Positions 42,611 to 53,726 of a stretch of 64,000 bases of DNA are shown in pieces. The stretch covers positions 16,691 to 80,690 of the forward strand of contig JADYYQ010000135.1 of NCBI GenBank assembly GCA_020853585.1, written 5' to 3'. Both the position numbers and the translations under genes were made by a program. Positions within the stretch are counted from its first letter, which is position 1, and each line of letters starts with the position of its first letter. The DNA comes from Ottowia sp. Its GTDB lineage: Bacteria > Pseudomonadota > Gammaproteobacteria > Burkholderiales > Burkholderiaceae. The notes under the pieces are model-generated. The model did not search any database, was not told where the DNA came from, and saw only the letters and a program-made list of their open reading frames with translations.

Positions 42611-45049
42611 TTAATTTCTTACTGGCTTTCCTGTTTGCAACATACCCATAATGCGTGCCTGCGTTTTGGCCGTTGCCAATAAATCAGTAAAAGCACGGCG
42701 CTCTAATCCAAGCAACCACGCTTCAGTGACCATCGTGCCTGCATCTACATCGCCACCACAGACCACGCGCGCGATATATTCCGCGACTAAAGCATCGTGT
42801 TCAGAAATAAATTTTCCTTCGCGCAAATTAACCAGTTGCGCTTTCAGCGTCGCAATGGCACTCCGTCCTGCTACCGGGATTTTATAAATCGGCAGCGGCG
42901 GGCGCCAGGCACTTAACGCTAAGGTTCGGGCCTCGCGAACAGCGATATCAAGCAATGCGTGCACGTTAAAAACAATCGGATCACTCGGCAACAAATACCC
43001 CATCGTGCGCGCCTCTAACGCACAAGATGACACCTTGGCCATCGCCACTTGCTGAAAATAAGACTTAAGAAAATCTAATATATTGCGGCTATCCATTGCT
43101 TGTGCCGCAAGTCCTGCACGCAAAGCGATTTCTTTTAATCCTCCGCCGGCCGGTACTAAACCCACCCCTGCTTCAACTAAGCCGATATAACTTTCAAATG
43201 CGGCCACACGTCTTGCACAGTGCAACAGCAACTCACACCCTCCGCCCAAGGCAATGCCCGATACCGCGCCTACCACCGGTACTTGTGCGTACTTCACGCG
43301 CTGCATAGTCTGTTGAAATTTTTCGACAAATGGATCAATACCTTTCGCCCCCTTTGCCATAAAAGCAGGCATCGCGACCTCAAGATTTGCCCCTGCCGAA
43401 AAGGGCCCACCCGGTACGCCTAACTTTAATGAAGTAGGCTGCCAAATAACCACAGCAAGGTGATCACGCTCAGCGCGTTCAATCGCACGACACAAGCCGT
43501 CTAAAGTGTCTGGACTGATGGTATTCATTTTGCTTTTAAAAGACACAATGAGCACATCATCATCCCGTGCAACCCAGGTGCGTATCGCCTCATTTTCTTC
43601 GACTGTTTTACCGGCATAGCGCGGATCTGCAGCCATAGCCGCCGTGTCTACAGACGAGGTATCAATATGAATACGGGCAGGGAAAATTTGTTCCGCATAC
43701 ACCGGTAATTGGCTACGACCTACAAACTTTTTGGCACCGGGCGACCAAGAACCCTCAGCTTGATGCACACCACCTCTCTGCGCCACCGGACCTTCCAATA
43801 CCCACGCAGGCAAAGGTGCTGCACTCAAGGTGAGGCCCGCAGCAATATCTTCTTGTATCCACTGCGCGACTTGTGTCCAGCCCGCAGACTGCCACAGTTC
43901 GAAAGGCCCTTGCTCCCAGCCAAACCCCCAGCGCAAAGCGAAATCGATATCGCGTGCATTATCGGCAATCGCTTCAAGATGCACCGCAATGTAATGAAAC
44001 ACATCCCGAAAAATCGCCCAAAGAAATTGTGCTTGCGGATGCGTTGTCGTGCGCAATAAAGAAAAACGTTCCGCTGGAGCGCGTTTTAGAATGCGGCCCA
44101 CCAGCGTATCTGCTTGTGCACCCGATTCTACATAGGCTTTTTGTTCCGCATTCCATACGTGGATAGATTTACCCTCTTTACGATAAAACCCTGCACCCGC
44201 TTTTTGTCCCAACGCACCCTGGTCAAGTAACTCAGCAAGGACTTTAGGGGTTGCATAAGTCGGTAAGAAAGGATCATCTAACAACATCTCTTGCATCGTC
44301 TTCATCACCGAAGCCAACACATCTAAACCGACCACATCAGCCGTACGAAACGTGGCAGATTTAGCACGCCCTAAGCGACTACCGGTCAAATCATCAACCA
44401 AGTCATAAGACAACTGATATTTTTCTGCTTGCGCAAATACGGCCAGTATCGAAAACACGCCCACGCGATTCGCAATAAAATTAGGCGTATCTTTCGCTCG
44501 CACCACGCCCTTGCCTAAGGTCCGTGTCATAAAGGTTTCTAAGGCATCGACTAAGATAGCTTGCGTTGTCGGCAAAGCAATCAACTCAAGTAAATGCATA
44601 TAGCGTGGCGGATTAAAAAAATGTACGCCACAAAAACGAGGTACCAGTGCCTGCGGCAATACCGCAGCCAATGATGTCAAAGATAGTCCTGAAGTATTAC
44701 TCGCTAAAATCGTATGCGTTGCTAAATGAGGGGCAATTTTTTCGTATAGCGCGCGTTTCCAATCAAGACGCTCAGCAATCGCTTCAATCACTAAATCACA
44801 CTGCCCAAGTAAAGCAAGATCATCTTCATAATTAGCCGCCACAATATGCTGCGCATCGTGCGACAAGCCGAGTGGGGCAGGGCTTTGCTTAGGTAAACGT
44901 GCGATCGCTGCACGCGCAATCTGACTTTTATCCGCGCCTTGCGTGGGCAAATCAAATAAAAATACAGGAATACGGGCATTCACCAAATGGGCTGCAATTT
45001 GTGCCCCCATCACGCCTGCGCCCAACACAGCTACTTGACGAATCTGCAT
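42611..45049 (-). CDS. Bifunctional 3-hydroxyacyl-CoA dehydrogenase / enoyl-CoA hydratase (dehydrogenase-first, FadB'-type)
   Basis: 812 aa. N-terminal NAD loop VAVLGAGVMGAQIAAH. C-terminal crotonase-like region. Lies between the thiolase and acyl-CoA dehydrogenase genes. Confidence 0.85.
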   Translation of the reverse strand: MQIRQVAVLGAGVMGAQIAAHLVNARIPVFLFDLPTQGADKSQIARAAIARLPKQSPAPLGLSHDAQHIVAANYEDDLALLGQCDLVIEAIAERLDWKRALYEKIAPHLATHTILASNTSGLSLTSLAAVLPQALVPRFCGVHFFNPPRYMHLLELIALPTTQAILVDALETFMTRTLGKGVVRAKDTPNFIANRVGVFSILAVFAQAEKYQLSYDLVDDLTGSRLGRAKSATFRTADVVGLDVLASVMKTMQEMLLDDPFLPTYATPKVLAELLDQGALGQKAGAGFYRKEGKSIHVWNAEQKAYVESGAQADTLVGRILKRAPAERFSLLRTTTHPQAQFLWAIFRDVFHYIAVHLEAIADNARDIDFALRWGFGWEQGPFELWQSAGWTQVAQWIQEDIAAGLTLSAAPLPAWVLEGPVAQRGGVHQAEGSWSPGAKKFVGRSQLPVYAEQIFPARIHIDTSSVDTAAMAADPRYAGKTVEENEAIRTWVARDDDVLIVSFKSKMNTISPDTLDGLCRAIERAERDHLAVVIWQPTSLKLGVPGGPFSAGANLEVAMPAFMAKGAKGIDPFVEKFQQTMQRVKYAQVPVVGAVSGIALGGGCELLLHCARRVAAFESYIGLVEAGVGLVPAGGGLKEIALRAGLAAQAMDSRNILDFLKSYFQQVAMAKVSSCALEARTMGYLLPSDPIVFNVHALLDIAVREARTLALSAWRPPLPIYKIPVAGRSAIATLKAQLVNLREGKFISEHDALVAEYIARVVCGGDVDAGTMVTEAWLLGLERRAFTDLLATAKTQARIMGMLQTGKPVRN

Positions 45050-45241
45050 AGTGCTCACTTTAATTTTTCTCCCATTTTGATAACACGCATCGCCCATTGA
45101 CGCGCATCCTTACGACAGATGCTTTATCGAATTAGCACGATGCAAACTGCACCCGATATAAATCGGTGACACATCAGCCATCACGTCACCAGTGCTGATC
45201 ACCCACTGCGGTGTATCAGCGCAAGTCAAATAACACGCAAT

Positions 45242-47020
45242 TTAAAATAACGAAGAGGGCAGCTTCATTAAAGAAGCACTACCCGCGCGCGCTGCACGTA
45301 TCTGATAAGCCGTCTCCGGTAACAACTTAGCAAAATAAAAATGCGCGGTTGCCAGCTTTGCTTGATAAAACGGATCTTTTGGATACTGGCAAGCAATCCG
45401 CGCCATGCGTGCCCAAAAATAAGCGAAGACAAGATGCCCTATCACACGCATATAGTGCGTGGCCGCTGCACCCACTTCATCGCGATTTGTCATCGCTTTC
45501 ATGCCTAATTCCATCGTCAGCTTTTGCACTTTATCGCCGAGGTCTGCCAAAGGATCAATAAACGCTTGCATATCTTGGTTGATACCTTCTTCTTCGACGA
45601 AGTCTTTAATAAGTTTGCCAAATTTTTTCAACTTAGCACCCATATCACCGAGAATTTTTCGCCCTAATAGATCTAAAGCCTGAATCGTGTTCGTGCCTTC
45701 GTAAATTAAATTGATACGCGCATCACGTACATACTGCTCCATGCCATACTCAGAGATATAGCCATGACCGCCTAGCACTTGCAATGCTTCATTGGTTGAA
45801 GCAAACGCGTTATCTGTCAAAAAGGCTTTAGCAATCGGTGTCATCAACGCCACCATATCAGCCGCCTCTTCACGCGCGCGCGCATCAGGATGCGCATGTT
45901 CAATATCAATTTGTAAAGCTAACCAATACGAAAATGCCCGTCCTCCTTCTACCCATGCTTTTTGCGTAAGCAACATACGCCGCACATCAGGATGGACAAT
46001 GATGGGGTCTGCATTTTGCTCTGGGCTTTTTGCACCGGTCAAACTGCGCATTTGCAATCGTGTGCGTGCATATGCGAGAGAATTTTGATAAGCCACTTCC
46101 GTCAAACCCAAACCCTGCATACCCACACCTAAACGCGCTGCATTCATCATCACAAACATAACATGCAGGCCTCTGTGAGCCTCACCCACCAACCATCCCT
46201 GTGCCCCATCAAAACTCATCGAGCACGTCGCATTTCCATGGATACCCATTTTGTGCTCAATCGCAGTACACCACGCGGGATTGCGCGCACCGACACCACT
46301 GCCTTGAGGTAAAAATTTAGGTACAACAAAAAGCGAAATACCCTTGGTCCCGGCGGGTGCATCAGGCAAACGCGCCAACACTAAGTGCACAATATTTTCA
46401 GCTAAATCATGCTCACCACTCGAGATAAAAATCTTGTTGCCGGTGATTGCATACGATCCATCTTCATTGGGTACCGCTTTGCTACGCAATAAACCCAAGT
46501 CCGTACCACAATGCGACTCTGTCAAACACATCGTTCCGGTCCACTCGCCCGTGACAAGCTTAGGCAAGTAAGCCGCTTGTTGTTCTGGTGTGCCATACGT
46601 ATGCAAACACTGATAAGCACCATGAGATAGACTCGGATACATCGCCCAAGCTTGATTAGACGAGTTAAGCAACTCCTGCAAAACATTGTTTAGCGAAAGA
46701 GGTAAACCTTGGCCGCCATACTTTGGATCACAACTAAGCGCCGGCCACCCTGCCTCGATATATTGGCGGTAAGCCTCTTTAAATCCCTTAGGGGTAATCA
46801 CCTCCGACTTGGCCTGATGAACACAGCCCTCACGATCTCCCGTTTGATTTAAGGGGAAAATCACTTCACTACAAAATTTCCCCGCTTCTTCCATTACCTG
46901 ATTCATCGTACTCACATCAATATCACTATACGAAGGCATCGCTTTTAGAACGGGTTCGACACACAATAATTCATGCAAAACAAACTGCATATCACGCAAC
47001 GGCGCGGTATATTGACTCAT
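45242..47020 (-). CDS. Long-type acyl-CoA dehydrogenase
   Basis: 592 aa from MSQYTAPLRDMQFVLHELL with a GGAGCA RBS. The ORF-track N-terminal extension has no support. Confidence 0.85.
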   Translation of the reverse strand: MSQYTAPLRDMQFVLHELLCVEPVLKAMPSYSDIDVSTMNQVMEEAGKFCSEVIFPLNQTGDREGCVHQAKSEVITPKGFKEAYRQYIEAGWPALSCDPKYGGQGLPLSLNNVLQELLNSSNQAWAMYPSLSHGAYQCLHTYGTPEQQAAYLPKLVTGEWTGTMCLTESHCGTDLGLLRSKAVPNEDGSYAITGNKIFISSGEHDLAENIVHLVLARLPDAPAGTKGISLFVVPKFLPQGSGVGARNPAWCTAIEHKMGIHGNATCSMSFDGAQGWLVGEAHRGLHVMFVMMNAARLGVGMQGLGLTEVAYQNSLAYARTRLQMRSLTGAKSPEQNADPIIVHPDVRRMLLTQKAWVEGGRAFSYWLALQIDIEHAHPDARAREEAADMVALMTPIAKAFLTDNAFASTNEALQVLGGHGYISEYGMEQYVRDARINLIYEGTNTIQALDLLGRKILGDMGAKLKKFGKLIKDFVEEEGINQDMQAFIDPLADLGDKVQKLTMELGMKAMTNRDEVGAAATHYMRVIGHLVFAYFWARMARIACQYPKDPFYQAKLATAHFYFAKLLPETAYQIRAARAGSASLMKLPSSLF

Positions 47021-47979
47021 GGTGCTCCTCTTGTGGATAACGAAGTCGTTGGCCTTAAACAGCCAATCTTGGCTACGAATATTACCCCGCTTAAACCCCT
47101 TTATCCGCTTAATGTAAAAAATCGTCTTCGATACATCTAAAAAATTATCCGCGCGCCCTATCAAAACGCGCGCGAGCGGGCATCGTATGGACAGTACACC
47201 TGCTACGCTCAAAAGTAAGTGGCCCCATATCAGGCCATAGATAAAGTAAGTGTCACAGTAGATTTTCTTCTTACCGCGAGTCGAGACAAACCTGTTGCAC
47301 GCCAGACTTTTTTCGCCGTAGTAGCAAAAAAACAAATGCCGTTAGCAACAGCGAACCGTGCGGTATTGGGCAGCCCTAGCTTTACTATTCAAGGGAAATG
47401 CCATCCCTATCGACAAATCAAAAATAAAATACGTAGACAATATAAATGCGCAAGATCGCCACTTTATTCAGTCCATGGAAATATAAATAGCATCGCTGTA
47501 CCAAGATCATGCTAATCGACATAACCGTCATACACATCATTAAAAAAACTTTGCTTGCCGGGGCACTTACCGCTTGCGCTTCTCCCGCATCAGGCATGCG
47601 ACGCACTGCTTGCATAAACCGTGTATCTGATAAAAGCACTTATGCTAAAAATGCCCTGACTGCGACACGCTTTTTTCTACAGGCGGGGCAATCCCACTCA
47701 AGCAATGGCGCTGGTAGCTAAATCGGATACCTTGATCTCACTCAATGAATGCCGCTCAATAATCACTGCCGGAGAACGTGTTCGCCCTCAGGTCAACAAT
47801 AGCTACAGCTACGCCGTGCGAGGTAAATAATTTGTCATTAACGAGACTAAAATCCTCTCGCAGTATGTGGAAATCATTTGAACTATCCGCGATTGACCCA
47901 CTCGCTTGCAATAGAAGCGCCACAAGTCTATTCGACCCTTCTCTATCCAACCCTCGTAGCGCATTCCTTTTTTAGGTTT

Positions 47980-48483
47980 TTATTTGGACACTTGCTTTTT
48001 CCCATAAATAGTACCGCTCGGCCCAAAACGGGTCATTGCCAGTACGGTTGGCTCATCTCTGGTTTCACCAAAGTGCAAGGTATTTCCGGGCTCCGTATAA
48101 ACGCCGCCGGTTGTTAACGCCTTAAGTTTTGATTTATCAAAATTATCCCCAAACCCTACGTACCACTTTCCCGAAAGTACCGAGACAAATCCATCATCAG
48201 GATGCGTTACGGGATCGATACGGGTGTGAGCAGGGATGTAAACTAAAACAGTATATAAAGTGGCTTTTTTGGGATCACCGTATAACAAAATACTTTTTTC
48301 GCCAAGCGCCTGCGCAGTGCCATGTGTTTTGACTGCCGCGGTCTGATCAAACTGTTGATGAATGCCCGCTATCTCTGATACATAAATAGGCATCGTAGAT
48401 TTTTTCGCTTCTTTAGCCTCTGCTGTACAGATAAATGCACACGTTAACAGCAGCGCAGCAAATTTTTTTTGTTCATATTTCAT
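47980..48483 (-). CDS. Small secreted beta-rich protein, cupin-like (tentative)
   Basis: 167 aa. Signal peptide MKYEQKKFAALLLTCAFICTAEA. The family assignment is weak. Confidence 0.45.
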   Translation of the reverse strand: MKYEQKKFAALLLTCAFICTAEAKEAKKSTMPIYVSEIAGIHQQFDQTAAVKTHGTAQALGEKSILLYGDPKKATLYTVLVYIPAHTRIDPVTHPDDGFVSVLSGKWYVGFGDNFDKSKLKALTTGGVYTEPGNTLHFGETRDEPTVLAMTRFGPSGTIYGKKQVSK

Positions 48484-48689
48484 GCTCTATCCTTTATTTA
48501 TCGGTTTATTGACATACAGGGACAATCATTCTCCTATTTGATTCAGAACTGACCTCAAGGTTTTTAACCCCGATCTTTTTATCAGATAATTTAGTAAAAA
48601 CAGTATTGCTATACCAGAATCTTCGGGTTTCGTGGCTTTCCACCCACAATGACCGGATAAACAGCGCGTGTTGAGCACAGGACATCCAT

Positions 48690-49000
48690 AAAACGCCCGC
48701 CCTTTATCGCCCAAAATGCGTCTGACGGAGGGTCCATCGTGATGAACAGGGCAAAATGTATTATGAGAAAGAGGGCCATTCCGCGCATTGCGCGCAGCAC
48801 TTTATGGTGGCAGCGTGAGCTACAGCTGTTATCGATAAATGCAGCATTTTTTAAGAACCCTTGCTATGTCTCTCAACAAATTGCCACGTGATAAGCCCGT
48901 TGTTCAATATTGCATCAGCTGATTTCTCCAAGACAACGCTTCGAAATGCGCTTATTTTTTTGCAAGAAGCAGACCTATCAAAAATATTTCAAAGCATGAT
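48690..49000 (+). pseudogene. Probable degraded single-domain rhodanese gene
   Basis: Fragments spread over several frames: ...VHRDEQGKMYYEKEGHSAH..., then LPRDKPVVQYCIS followed by a stop inside the active-site loop, then ...CKKQTYQKYF. The boundaries are approximate. Confidence 0.3.
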
Positions 49001-49301
49001 GATATTAAAAATAATCCTGTGTTAGCGCGGTGCTGTCCGTTGAGTGAACAGTCTATCTAGGTCTGCCGGGATTTACGCATAACCAGCGTCATGCAAGATA
49101 TTGCGCACCCCGAGTCAACGATACTCGCCGCCCAAACATTGCATTACAGACCAAAAATAAATCAATGTACAAAAATGTACCGCAGCGGAACCATATCTGC
49201 ATTTATGAAACATAGAAAATGCAACACATGCTATTCAAGCGTTGCACATATATGGCCACGCTGTACTTCACCCATTTTTAGGACCTCAAGGAGAACTCCG
49301 T

Positions 49302-50243
49302 ATGTTCAATATTTCCAATACCATTGCTCAGCAACAACATGCCCCGTTATTAGCCAAGCACGATCATGTAGAAGACGCAAGCGCAGTAAAAATATACGCG
49401 CCGACCACCGAGGCAATCCCGCAAGAAAGTGCCGCAACGCGCGTTTTTAATTGGGTAAAAACGCACCCCACCACGGTAATCATCTCTGCGCTCGCTTTAT
49501 CGGGGGCCGCCGCAGGCGCAGCGATGATGGCACAAAATCAAGGTACATCTACCCCCTCTTTGTTGGACCCACATCGCACTACACCCCATCCCAGAAAGCA
49601 TTTCGATCAACACATCATCGGCCGTTATATCAATGACACATTTGTGGAAGGCAATGTTGTCGGCGGCCAATTTATTCCGAGTAATGTGACCGGCGTGGAT
49701 ACCGAACACGGTAATAAAAACTGGCAGGCCATTCTTAATTATGTCAATCAGGGTCAATTTGACAAAGAAGAACTAAACAAAAATGCGCAGCCCGTAACAC
49801 GCAAGGGACCCCATATAGAATGGGAGGCAATCGACGGATCCGGGGAAGGATCGGAAGAAGTCACCGTTGCTAATGAGATTGACAAAAAGACAGCGCAAAA
49901 AGATTTATTTAAATTATTACAAGGAAGCACACCCACAGAACGCACAGTCAGCGCTGAAATCTTAGCCGAAGGATCGGGGGAGGAAACGACACCCCGACAG
50001 ATCGACAAACGCCATATCAACAAACACGAGCGTCACGGATTATCTGCACATCAGCGCAGTGAATCACTAGATTTATCGCCCGCGCATCTTGCTTCAATCT
50101 CATCACAATTTGGCAAAGCACACCCAGGTTTATCTTTACCAAAAAATCAAACACCACAAGCCGCATTAGATTACTTTAGAAAAAACAATATCTCGGGGTT
50201 TGAAGTACTCAATCTTTTGCCAAGCAATACCACGCGCATCTAA
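49302..50243 (+). CDS. Orphan bitopic membrane protein (no recognisable family)
   Basis: Start set at MFNISNTIAQ, 7 nt after an AAGGAG RBS. One TM helix (TTVIISALALSGAAAGAAMMA). The C-terminal part is charged and carries a repeated GSGE-E-x-T...IDK[KR] motif. Confidence 0.5.
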   Translation: MFNISNTIAQQQHAPLLAKHDHVEDASAVKIYAPTTEAIPQESAATRVFNWVKTHPTTVIISALALSGAAAGAAMMAQNQGTSTPSLLDPHRTTPHPRKHFDQHIIGRYINDTFVEGNVVGGQFIPSNVTGVDTEHGNKNWQAILNYVNQGQFDKEELNKNAQPVTRKGPHIEWEAIDGSGEGSEEVTVANEIDKKTAQKDLFKLLQGSTPTERTVSAEILAEGSGEETTPRQIDKRHINKHERHGLSAHQRSESLDLSPAHLASISSQFGKAHPGLSLPKNQTPQAALDYFRKNNISGFEVLNLLPSNTTRI

Positions 50244-50252
50244 ACGATCTAT

Positions 50253-50296
50253 CGTGCGATCACATATGTAGAGCAAACTATCTTCGTGATCGCACG
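50253..50296 (+). terminator. Hairpin downstream of the orphan gene (terminator-like)
   Basis: CGTGCGATCAC and GTGATCGCACG form a perfect 11-bp inverted repeat with a 22-nt loop. A T-rich CACTTTGTTTTGTC follows. Confidence 0.4.
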
Positions 50297-50397
50297 CACT
50301 TTGTTTTGTCATACAAAGTGGGGCTTAGCTCGTTGCAAATTATCGCAACCGACCACACACCGTCTTATCGCCAATATGGCCATGAATAAGGGCAAAG

Positions 50398-52221
50398 CTA
50401 TTCCACCGTAACTGACTTCGCTAAATTACGCGGTTTATCCACATCCGTTCCTCGCACACACGCGGTGTGATATGCCAATAACTGCAAAGGGACAACATGC
50501 AAAATAGGCGATAGCGCACCATAATGCGCCGGCAAGTGCAGGACATGTATACCTTCACTTTCTTTAATATGTCCGTCAATATCAGAGCATACATACAGTA
50601 CGCCCCCACGTGCACGCACCTCTTGCATATTTGATTTAAGTTTTTCTAGCAAAATATTATTTGGTGCCACCGTTACCACGGGCATGCGCTCAGTTACTAA
50701 AGCAAGCGGCCCATGTTTAAGCTCTCCCGCTGCGTAAGCCTCAGCATGAATATAAGAAATCTCTTTCAGTTTTAAAGCCCCTTCTTGCGCAATCGGGTAA
50801 TGCAAACCCCGCCCTAAGAAAAGCGCATTGTCTTTTGTCGCAAACTCCTGTGCCCAGGCGATTAATGTGGGTTCTAGCGCCAAGACTGCTTGCAATGCAG
50901 TGGGGAGATGACGCAATGCGGCAACTGCCTGTGCCTCTGCTGTAGCAGACAATAAACCGCGCGCTTTTGCTAAGGTCAAAGTCAATAAGTACAACACGAC
51001 CAGTTGGGTCGTAAATGCTTTTGTCGATGCCACACCAATCTCAACACCAGCACGCGTCATAAAAGATAACGCCGTTTCACGCAACATCGTGCTGCTGTGC
51101 ACATTACAAATAGCCAGCGTTTTCTGATGTCCAAGTGCTTTAGCATGACGCAATGCGGCCAAGGTATCGGCCGTTTCCCCTGATTGCGAAACCACAACAA
51201 TCAGCGTGGCGGGATCAGGCACGGTATCGCGATAGCGATATTCGCTAGCAATCTCAACTTGAGTCGGTAATTTTGCCTGCGCTTCTAGCCAGTATTTGGC
51301 GGTACACCCTGCGTAATAACTGGTGCCACACGCCAATATCAGCACACGCTCTACACCCATAAAAATAGTTTTTGCATTCGCCCCAAATAAATCGCTATCA
51401 ATTCCTTCAATACCTTCGATCGTATTGGCAATAGCCTGGGGCTGCTCAAAAATCTCTTTTTGCATATAGTGCCGATACGGTAACAACTCAGCTGACTGAT
51501 GATGCACGTTGACTTTACATAAGGGGCGATCCACAAGACGATTCGCATGATCTACAATCGTGCAAGTATCAGGCGTAATTTCGACTACGTCACCTTCTTC
51601 AAGGTAACGCATCTGGTTACTGCTCGCAGAGATGGCTAGGGCGTCCGATGCCAAATAATGTGCGTCTTCGCCTAAGCCCACCACTAAAGGTGAACCAGCT
51701 CGAGCACCGACAACCCGATGTGCTTGATCGCGTGCTATCACAGCAATCGCATAAGCACCCCGCAAACGTGCCCGCACTGCTTGTACGGCAGCAAATAAAT
51801 TGCCTTTTTGTGCACCGGTATAAGCTTGATGCACCAAATGCACAATCACCTCGGTATCGGTCTGTGAAACAAAAATATAGCCCGCCTCTAAAAGAGGCTG
51901 ACGCAATGCTTCGTAATTTTCAATGATGCCGTTATGAACCAGGGCAATTAAATTATGTGATGTATGTGGATGCGCATTGATATTGTCTGGTTTGCCATGT
52001 GTTGCCCAACGAGTATGTGCAATGCCAAGCGTGCTGTCTAACTGAGTTGTTTGTTCGGCCAAATCAATTACGCGCGATGTGGTTCGCGCACGTACCAACT
52101 CACCTTGGCGCAATACCGCAACACCGCATGAGTCATAACCACGGTACTCCAGCCGACGTAAACCTTCTATCAATACTGGAACGATATTGCGGTTAGCCGT
52201 AGCGGCAACAATGCCACACAT
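50398..52221 (-). CDS. glmS: Glutamine--fructose-6-phosphate aminotransferase
   Basis: 607 aa. N-terminal MCGIVA (catalytic Cys), two SIS domains, C-terminal ...KSVTVE. Confidence 0.95.
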   Translation of the reverse strand: MCGIVAATANRNIVPVLIEGLRRLEYRGYDSCGVAVLRQGELVRARTTSRVIDLAEQTTQLDSTLGIAHTRWATHGKPDNINAHPHTSHNLIALVHNGIIENYEALRQPLLEAGYIFVSQTDTEVIVHLVHQAYTGAQKGNLFAAVQAVRARLRGAYAIAVIARDQAHRVVGARAGSPLVVGLGEDAHYLASDALAISASSNQMRYLEEGDVVEITPDTCTIVDHANRLVDRPLCKVNVHHQSAELLPYRHYMQKEIFEQPQAIANTIEGIEGIDSDLFGANAKTIFMGVERVLILACGTSYYAGCTAKYWLEAQAKLPTQVEIASEYRYRDTVPDPATLIVVVSQSGETADTLAALRHAKALGHQKTLAICNVHSSTMLRETALSFMTRAGVEIGVASTKAFTTQLVVLYLLTLTLAKARGLLSATAEAQAVAALRHLPTALQAVLALEPTLIAWAQEFATKDNALFLGRGLHYPIAQEGALKLKEISYIHAEAYAAGELKHGPLALVTERMPVVTVAPNNILLEKLKSNMQEVRARGGVLYVCSDIDGHIKESEGIHVLHLPAHYGALSPILHVVPLQLLAYHTACVRGTDVDKPRNLAKSVTVE

Positions 52222-52265
52222 ACTGATTCTCCTAAAGAAAATAGATATCCGCTGATATGCTGATA

Positions 52266-53639
52266 TTAAGATTTATTTTTTTTACTAGGTCGCTGCCAAT
52301 CGGTGCGTGTAGTTTGTTTGGTACGCGACACGGTCAAGCTATGGGCGGGAACACTTTTTGTAAGCGTTGTGCCAGCACCGACTGTCGCCCCTTTTTCAAC
52401 TGTTAAAGGCGCGATTAATTGTGTATCCGATCCAATAAATACATCGTCTTCAATAATCGTACGGTGTTTATTCGCACCATCGTAATTGCAGGTAATCGTA
52501 CCCGCGCCAATATTGACATTTTTACCAATCGTCGCATCCCCAATATAGGCAAGATGATTCGCCTTTGTCTGCGCATCCAATTGACTATTTTTAATCTCAA
52601 CAAAATTACCCACATGCGTGTGATGGGCAAGTACCGTACCTGGACGTAATCGTGCATACGGACCAATACGTGCATCCGCACCCACCGTGACCGAATCCAA
52701 ATGACTGTAAGCAAAAATTTGCGTATCCTGCGCAATCTCACTATCACGCAATACACAGTAAGGGCCAATATGTACGCCATCGGCTAAAGTCACTTTGCCC
52801 TCAAAAATGCAGCCCACATCAATGGTCACATCGCGCCCACAATGCACACTACCGCGCACATCAATTCGCTCCGGATCAGCGAGCGTCACGCCCTGCGTAA
52901 GTAATTGCTGCGCGCGCGTACGCTGCAAAATACGTTCAAGTTGGGCCAACTGTGTTTTGTTATTGACACCTAAAATTTCCCAGCTATGACTGGGGTTTTG
53001 GCTGTTGATCGTGATTTTTTCTGTCGCAGCGCAGGCGACTAAATCCGTCAAATAATATTCTCCTTGCGCATTGTGATTAGATAAGGTGGCTAACCACCGT
53101 TTAAGATGGGCAGTGGGGAAAATAAAAATACCGGTATTGATTTCAACAATCGCTTGCTCGGTAGGGCTTGCATCTTTTTGTTCCACAATATGCGTGATGT
53201 TGCCCTCACGACGAACAATGCGCCCATATCCACTAGGATCATCAAGACACGTTGTCAAGACACCGAGCGTGATAGCGGATGTTGTGTGAATCAGTCTTTT
53301 TAAGGTATCAATCTGAATCAACGGCACATCGCCATATAAAATAAGCGTCGGCCAACGATCATCTAAAAGTGGCACCGCTTGCATTGCCGCATGCCCTGTA
53401 CCAAGCTGCTCTGCCTGCGTTACAAAGTGAATATCATCCTCGGTAAAACGCGCGCGAATTTGCGCCTGCTCATAACCCACAACCACAATTAATTTATCAG
53501 GTTGTAAGGCACGCGCTGTGTCTAATACATGTGCAAGAAGCGCTTGACCAGCCAAAGCATGCAGCACCTTAGGACGATGCGAATACATACGTTGCCCCAT
53601 CCCTGCTGCAAGAATCACAATATTTAAAGGCGCATTCAT
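52266..53639 (-). CDS. glmU: Bifunctional UDP-GlcNAc pyrophosphorylase / GlcN-1-P acetyltransferase
   Basis: 457 aa from [19 protein letters not shown]-terminal left-handed beta-helix hexapeptide repeats. Confidence 0.9.
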   Translation of the reverse strand: MNAPLNIVILAAGMGQRMYSHRPKVLHALAGQALLAHVLDTARALQPDKLIVVVGYEQAQIRARFTEDDIHFVTQAEQLGTGHAAMQAVPLLDDRWPTLILYGDVPLIQIDTLKRLIHTTSAITLGVLTTCLDDPSGYGRIVRREGNITHIVEQKDASPTEQAIVEINTGIFIFPTAHLKRWLATLSNHNAQGEYYLTDLVACAATEKITINSQNPSHSWEILGVNNKTQLAQLERILQRTRAQQLLTQGVTLADPERIDVRGSVHCGRDVTIDVGCIFEGKVTLADGVHIGPYCVLRDSEIAQDTQIFAYSHLDSVTVGADARIGPYARLRPGTVLAHHTHVGNFVEIKNSQLDAQTKANHLAYIGDATIGKNVNIGAGTITCNYDGANKHRTIIEDDVFIGSDTQLIAPLTVEKGATVGAGTTLTKSVPAHSLTVSRTKQTTRTDWQRPSKKNKS

Positions 53640-53726
53640 AGTGAGTGTGTCGTTAAGATAGTGCGCATCGTGCAAGTCAACGCATACGTTGTTGTTGTCA
53701 CACTGCACACCACCTGGATAGGTGAG

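Noticed and set aside
45242-47335. Long N-terminal extension of the acyl-CoA dehydrogenase ORF (start at 47335) and similar extensions of other ORFs
   Set aside because: The extensions have atypical composition and lack an RBS. Internal Met codons with good Shine-Dalgarno sequences give N-termini typical of each family. The affected ORFs and their extended starts are:
- fadB-type: 45097
- glmU: 53708
- rpoH: 22166
- mreB: 14658
- gatC: 14774
- glnB: 22484
- SDR: 40161
48526-48800. Two overlapping minus-strand ORFs (62 and 63 aa)
   Set aside because: They overlap each other and lie antisense to the rhodanese-like remnants. They have no RBS or motifs.
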